Source: Candidatus Latescibacterota bacterium
GTDB lineage: Bacteria; Latescibacterota; UBA2968; UBA8231
Direction: 5' to 3'
Assembly (NCBI GenBank): GCA_965248265.1
Contig: CBDFJF010000001.1
Location: 2,048,001 to 2,112,000, forward strand
Length of the DNA: 64,000 nucleotides
Shown here: piece after piece, positions 59,249 to 64,000 of the stretch
Layout of the letters: the number at the start of each line of letters is the position of its first letter
How positions within the stretch are numbered: position 1 is the first letter of the stretch
The notes under the pieces: generated by a model
Databases searched by the model: none
Told to the model about the DNA's origin: nothing
What the model saw: the letters and a program-made list of their open reading frames with translations, nothing else
Program-made: the position numbers and the translations under genes

Positions 59249-59812
59249 CTACTGAATTCGCGTCAAATGCATGTCGTGAGCCTGCATCGCTTCGCCTTCC
59301 TGGAACATGGTCCAGCGCTGCGTGATGTTGTCAGCGTCAACGATCGACAGATTCATCGAGTGCATGTGCATGCCCGTGGCAGGATCAAGCATGTTTTCTT
59401 CGGCAAAGGTGAAGCTCATCTTGCCAGGCCCCGATCCATCCAGGTCCATGCGCGGTTGGTTGCCCAGCATGCAATAGTGCGTCATGCTGAGGTTGCCACC
59501 TCGATCGTGATACATGCTGACCATCTCCATCGGAGACCCTGCGTTGAAGGTTTCCTGAATGGCGCTGCCGCCGGCGGTCAGTCGGTACTCGACCCTCATC
59601 GTCATCATCTCCGGCATACCCTCGTGCTTGGCTCCCTCACCCCCCTTGTCCTTCATGGGCATCTCACCCTCCCATACTCCGATCAATTGCTTGAGCTGTT
59701 CGAACTCTGCGGATCCCTTGTAGGGTTCCATTCCCATTTGCGCACTTGCAGGCGCCGCAGTCGCAAACGTGACGCAGAGCAGTACTATGATAGTGGTGAT
59801 GGCTGCTCTCAT
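59249..59812 (-). CDS. Secreted Met/His-rich hypothetical protein
   Basis: Signal peptide; YRLTAGGSA, THYCMLGNQPRM, MHMHSM, HDMH. Confidence 0.75.
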   Translation of the reverse strand: MRAAITTIIVLLCVTFATAAPASAQMGMEPYKGSAEFEQLKQLIGVWEGEMPMKDKGGEGAKHEGMPEMMTMRVEYRLTAGGSAIQETFNAGSPMEMVSMYHDRGGNLSMTHYCMLGNQPRMDLDGSGPGKMSFTFAEENMLDPATGMHMHSMNLSIVDADNITQRWTMFQEGEAMQAHDMHLTRIQ

Positions 59813-59847
59813 AAGAGTCTCTCCTGATGCAGGTTGTGTGGTCACTT

Positions 59848-60300
59848 TCAGTTCGATAAATAGCGGTCCAGGCTGCTGAAGCAGCTGGTCCAACCTTCGT
59901 TGTGGCGTCCGGCGCTCTCTTCCGAGGCCAGTTGCGTGTGCACGAGCTCGATGTCGGTGCCGCTGTCGCTGGAGCTCAACGATATGGTCACCAGGGACTC
60001 GTGCTCGTCCGCCTCATCATCCTCTTCCCAGGACCAGGTGTACTCGATCAACTCCGGTTCGCTGAGCCGCTGGATCACTCCTTTTACCGTGAACAGCTCG
60101 CCGTCTGGGGCGCGAATGGCTATACGGTAATCGCCACCGACCCGTGTGTCCATGTGAACGTTTTCTACGGTGAAACTCTCGTGGCCGAACCATTTGTGCA
60201 GCTCGGCCGCGTTGGTGAACGCCTGGAATACCCTTCCGATGGGGGCCGCGGCGTGATGGGTCAGGGTTAGGGTTGCACCCTCAACCTTCGTTTCCGTCAT
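59848..60300 (-). CDS. SRPBCC/AHSA1 domain protein
   Basis: RVFQAFT...L.KWFG, RVGGDYRI, HNEGW...L. Confidence 0.9.
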   Translation of the reverse strand: MTETKVEGATLTLTHHAAAPIGRVFQAFTNAAELHKWFGHESFTVENVHMDTRVGGDYRIAIRAPDGELFTVKGVIQRLSEPELIEYTWSWEEDDEADEHESLVTISLSSSDSGTDIELVHTQLASEESAGRHNEGWTSCFSSLDRYLSN

Positions 60301-60625
60301 CCTTGTCCTCCTTCAAATGCTTGTCGAGGGCCTCGAAGCGGCTCTGCCAAAACACTTTGTACTTGGCGAGAAACCGTTCGACTGCCTCGACGGGTTCCTG
60401 GTTTAATCGGCATAAGTTGTTGCGGCCGTTGCGTCTTCGCATGATCAATCCGGCTCTCTCGAGCACCTGCAAATGCTTGGATACCGCCGGCTGGGACATG
60501 GCAAAGATGTCGGCCAGGTCCTTCACCGGCACCTCGTCGGGTCCGATCCGCTGCAGAATCGTCCTGCGGGTACCGTCAGACAGGGCCTTGAATATGAGGT
60601 CCAGCTGATCTTGAATCATAACCAT
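60281..60625 (-). CDS. ArsR/SmtB family transcriptional regulator
   Basis: FKALSDGTRR.IL, MSQPAVSKHLQVLERAGL, FWQSRFEAL. Confidence 0.92.
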   Translation of the reverse strand: MVMIQDQLDLIFKALSDGTRRTILQRIGPDEVPVKDLADIFAMSQPAVSKHLQVLERAGLIMRRRNGRNNLCRLNQEPVEAVERFLAKYKVFWQSRFEALDKHLKEDKDDGNEG

Positions 60626-60633
60626 TTGGTTAT
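60618..60633. promoter_or_regulatory. Putative ArsR autoregulatory operator
   Basis: Perfect palindrome ATAACCA-TT-TGGTTAT overlapping the arsR start codon. Confidence 0.7.
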
Positions 60634-60708
60634 ATATTAGCTCGTGAGGAGGACCGATGCAAGGATTTTTTTGCTTCTACCGCGTTTGATTCCCTACCCT
60701 ACTCCAGG

Positions 60709-62844
60709 ATGAATCTTTTCGATCTGTTTGCCAGCCTGGACACCGGCGCCATCACCACCGTGGCAGGCGTCGGCTACAGCGAGGGCATAGAAGCAGCCGA
60801 AGCCGATATCGGCTGGCCCATGGGCGTCGTTAGGCTGCCCGATGGCGATCTCGTCTTCGCCGATATCCGCGGCCACCGCATCTGGCGCATTGATCTTGAG
60901 GGAATCCTCCACACCTTTGCCGGCGACGGCGTGCCAGGCAATTCAGGCGACGGTGGGCCGGCCCTCGACGGTCGCGTCTACACGCCCCACGACTTCTGTC
61001 TGGATTCCGAAGGCAACCTGTTCTTTTCCCAATTGGGTGCCCGCGGGCCCGACGAGGGTCCGAATACCATTAGAAGGATCGACCACCACACAGGTATCCT
61101 CACTACAGTAGTCGGCAATGGCAGGATGGGCCGCGGCGGCGAGGGCCTGCATGCGTTGGAAGCCGAGTTCGACACCACCACCGGGATCGCCGTGGATGAG
61201 GCTGGCAACCTGTTCGTCTGCGGCAAATGGGACAGCAATGTGCGCAAAGTCGATGCCCAGACTGGGATCATGTCCCTTTACGCCGGCCAAACCACGCGTC
61301 ATTACCCCGCGGAACGGGACACCAGTCGACCCTATAGCGGCAGCGCCTATTCCTTCGGCGGTTTCCACGGTGACGGTGGGCCAGCCTCCGAAGCCGCCCT
61401 CTACCATCCTGAACACCTGGCGTTCGATTCCGGGGGAAACCTCTATGTGTGCGACAACGGCAATCACCGTGTCCGGGCCATTGACCGCGACTCAGGCGTC
61501 ATCAACACCGTCTTCGGCGACGGCCAGGCCGCCTCGAGCGGCGATGGTGGCCCGGCAGTCGAGGCCAGCAGCCACGCGCCGGACGCCCTCTTCATTGACG
61601 GCCGCGGCCATCTCTACGTCGGTGAGGCCAGAGGCTGCAAGGTGCGCAAGGTCGATGGACGCACCGGCATGGTCTCGACCCTGGCGGGCACGGGGATCCC
61701 GGGGTTCGGCGAGGAAGGCCTGCCGGGACCCCAGACTCGTTGCAGCGCCGTCGAGTCTGGCATCTGGGTGGACGACGATGGCACCGTCTTCTACAGCGAC
61801 TCCACCGGACACCTTCGCCGTATCGATGCGGACACCGGCATCGTCAACACCGTGGCCGGGGGCACCAGCATCCATGACGGGGGACCAGCGGATCGAGCCT
61901 ACCTCGGCTGCCCCCGAGCGCTCTGCGTCGGTCCCGACGGCCACATCTACTTCTGTGACATGGTCCATGACCGCATCCGCGCCATCGACCCGGACACTGG
62001 CATCATACGGACGATAGCCGGTGATGGCGGACGCGCCTATGGAGGCGATGGCGGCCCGGCGACCTCCGCCTTCCTGCTCAATCCCTACGGTCTGTGTGTG
62101 GACCGCCAGGGCTGCGTCATCATCGCCGACACCCTCAGCAACCGCATCCGACGGGTCGATGATCGGGGCATCATCGAGACCATCGCCGGCACGGGAGTGG
62201 CGTCAGACCAGGGCGACGGTGGACCCGCTCGTAACGCCCCTGTCAACACTCCGCACGCGGTGGCCTGTCATCCCGGCGGCGATCTGTATATGGGGGATGC
62301 ATCTGGCCGCATCCGCGTCATCGACGGATCGGAGCGCATCCGCACGTTGATCGGTATTGGCCGGCAGGGCTGGAGTGGAGACGGCGGACCGGCCACGGAC
62401 GCACGGATTGGCACCCCGTCCTCCATCTGCTTCGATGCGGCCGGCAACCTCTACTTTGCCGATTTGACCCAACACGTCATACGCAGGGTGGATACTCACG
62501 GCATCATCACGACCCTGGCAGGCAGCGGAGAGCAGGGGTTTTCTCCAGACGGCACCCCTGCACGGGAAGCGCGTCTCCATCGGCCGTTCGGCGTAGTCGT
62601 CAGCAACGGCGGCACCGTCTACTTCTCCGATGCGCGCAACAACCGCGTTCGACGGATTGCTGCGGACGGCTCCTTGCAGACTATTGCCGGGGGCGACTAC
62701 GGCGGAGACAGCGGTGACGGAGGGCCGGCCATCCACGCCCGCCTCAACGAGCCCCATGGCTTGTGCCTGTACGGTGACGCCATCCTTCTTATCAGTGACC
62801 ATTACAACAACCGCATCAGGGCCGTGAAGCTCGACGCGGTTTGA
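60709..62844 (+). CDS. NHL-repeat beta-propeller protein (teneurin-like NHL)
   Basis: About 12 repeats of T(I/V)AG.G..G..GDGGPA..A.L..P..(I/L)..D..GNLY..D..N.RIR. Confidence 0.92.
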   Translation: MNLFDLFASLDTGAITTVAGVGYSEGIEAAEADIGWPMGVVRLPDGDLVFADIRGHRIWRIDLEGILHTFAGDGVPGNSGDGGPALDGRVYTPHDFCLDSEGNLFFSQLGARGPDEGPNTIRRIDHHTGILTTVVGNGRMGRGGEGLHALEAEFDTTTGIAVDEAGNLFVCGKWDSNVRKVDAQTGIMSLYAGQTTRHYPAERDTSRPYSGSAYSFGGFHGDGGPASEAALYHPEHLAFDSGGNLYVCDNGNHRVRAIDRDSGVINTVFGDGQAASSGDGGPAVEASSHAPDALFIDGRGHLYVGEARGCKVRKVDGRTGMVSTLAGTGIPGFGEEGLPGPQTRCSAVESGIWVDDDGTVFYSDSTGHLRRIDADTGIVNTVAGGTSIHDGGPADRAYLGCPRALCVGPDGHIYFCDMVHDRIRAIDPDTGIIRTIAGDGGRAYGGDGGPATSAFLLNPYGLCVDRQGCVIIADTLSNRIRRVDDRGIIETIAGTGVASDQGDGGPARNAPVNTPHAVACHPGGDLYMGDASGRIRVIDGSERIRTLIGIGRQGWSGDGGPATDARIGTPSSICFDAAGNLYFADLTQHVIRRVDTHGIITTLAGSGEQGFSPDGTPAREARLHRPFGVVVSNGGTVYFSDARNNRVRRIAADGSLQTIAGGDYGGDSGDGGPAIHARLNEPHGLCLYGDAILLISDHYNNRIRAVKLDAV

Positions 62845-62960
62845 GCATGACTGACCGCCGACTCATGTGTAGGTTATTGAGTACACGCTCAAACGCAGGC
62901 ATTCGGGTAGATGCCTGAGGACTGAACCACGAGCCGGGTGAACCGAACAGGCAACCCACC

Positions 62961-63194
62961 ATGACGATGTTCGTACTGCTGCAGAATGCTGCGCCCACAC
63001 AGCAACGGCTCAAAGCAGCCATCGATGAGTTCAACCGATCGATCAGCACGGAGACGCTGATCGTGTCAGCCGTTGTGCTGCTGATCGCTCTGCTGTGGCT
63101 CTACGCCATGAAACGTGCCTACCAGGCCTGGTTCATGCGCAAGCATGGTTTCCAGGATTCGTATATGCGAAAACGCAAGAAGTTCGACGACTGA
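62961..63194 (+). CDS. Small single-TM membrane protein
   Basis: 77 aa with a hydrophobic segment followed by a basic tail. Confidence 0.55.
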   Translation: MTMFVLLQNAAPTQQRLKAAIDEFNRSISTETLIVSAVVLLIALLWLYAMKRAYQAWFMRKHGFQDSYMRKRKKFDD

Positions 63195-63298
63195 CCCGAC
63201 ATCTCTTGCCATTGCGACGGCGGTCTTTGTTCATTACGCCTGCCCGTCAAGGAACTCACGACCTCCCGGTGTTTGTGCTTGCGTGCGGAACACACTGC

Positions 63299-63335
63299 TG
63301 GCGGCGCACGCCTCCGGATTTGGCGCAAACCGCCA
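63299..63335. promoter_or_regulatory. Putative paired enhancer (UAS) sites for a PspF-like sigma-54 activator
   Basis: TGGCG-N5-CGCCT (63299) and TGGCG-N5-CGCCA (63321), 22 bp apart, 80-115 bp upstream of the -24 box. Confidence 0.5.
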
Positions 63336-63412
63336 TTCGATCAGTCGAAAGGAATGTTGTAACTCGTTTTCCCAGTGAGAGCTTGCGACATTATTATCGA
63401 GTCCTGTCGGGC

Positions 63413-63428
63413 TGGCACATCCCTTGCA
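63413..63428 (+). promoter_or_regulatory. Sigma-54 (-24/-12) promoter of pspA
   Basis: TGGCAC-ATCCC-TTGCA, matching the TGGCAC-N5-TTGCW consensus. Confidence 0.85.
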
Positions 63429-63523
63429 TAACAGGTGGCAGACCCCTGCGTTGCACCACAGATGGTGCGCAGTCGAAATGCCAGGGGTACTGGACGAATC
63501 GAAAAGGTGACGGGAGAGCGAAA

Positions 63524-64000
63524 ATGGCCAAGGGAATGTTTGCTCGCATGGCGGATATCGTGAAGTCAAACATCAACGAGCTGCTTGACCGGGCGGAAGA
63601 ACCGGAAAAGATGATTCGGCAGATGATCCGCGAGATGGAGGACGCCGTGGGCAAGGCCACCGCGTCGGTCGGCACGGCGTTGGCCAACCAGAAACGGCTG
63701 GAGCGTCAGCGGAATGAGAAGCTGACCCAAGTGGCTGAGTGGCGGCGCAAAGCGGAGATCTCCGTTGCGGCGGGTGACGACGATCTGGCTCGGCGAGCAC
63801 TCGAGCGCAAGAGCGGGCTTCAGAAAGCGGCTGATGAACTGGGTCCGGCCGTGGAAGAGAGCAGTCAGATGGCCGAGCAACTCAAGGAGCAGCTACGGGA
63901 ATTGAAAGGAAAGCTGGAGGAGGCGCGTACCCGTCAGGGAACGCTGGTGGCGCGCCATCAGGCGGCCCGGGCGCGGGCTAAACTTGCCCAGAGCATCAAT
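63524..64000 (+). CDS. pspA: PspA/IM30 family protein (runs off the window; missing from the ORF track)
   Basis: MAKGMFARMADIVKSNINELLDRAEEPEKMIRQMIREME...GDDDLARRALERK...LKGKLEEARTRQ; RBS GGAG. Confidence 0.93.
   Translation, partial: MAKGMFARMADIVKSNINELLDRAEEPEKMIRQMIREMEDAVGKATASVGTALANQKRLERQRNEKLTQVAEWRRKAEISVAAGDDDLARRALERKSGLQKAADELGPAVEESSQMAEQLKEQLRELKGKLEEARTRQGTLVARHQAARARAKLAQSIN

Noticed and set aside
62896-62960. Hairpin CAGGCAT...ATGCCTG upstream of the small membrane gene as a riboswitch
   Set aside because: No match to any riboswitch consensus I can recognise

Overview
A GC-rich bacterial chromosomal window with about 55 coding regions. The FlgD-Ig/'Por-like' C-terminal domain and the gene content suggest an FCB-related candidate lineage such as Latescibacterota; this is inference only. 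Housekeeping genes include glnA (partial), hemC, cobA/hemD, tex, purF, cobB, an rsmC-like methyltransferase and pspA (partial, with a sigma-54 promoter). Many small-molecule catabolic enzymes are also present. I found no rRNA, tRNA, CRISPR array or transposase. The most notable items are: (1) a tightly coupled minus-strand operon HlyD - ABC exporter - GNAT (frameshifted) - S8 peptidase/DUF1611 fusion - acyl carrier protein (17.0-22.9 kb), which looks like an uncharacterised acylated-peptide (RiPP-like) maturation and export system; (2) an outer-membrane barrel plus YfiR module wired to a Wsp-like chemosensory cluster that carries a wspC/wspD deletion scar; (3) a secreted YceI protein with a 43-aa tail of only Gly, Cys and Lys (12 Cys, four GKCG motifs); (4) a short dispersed palindromic repeat (3 copies) flanking an ergothioneine-related cluster; and (5) at least six gene lesions. 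All family assignments come from motif recognition, not database searches.
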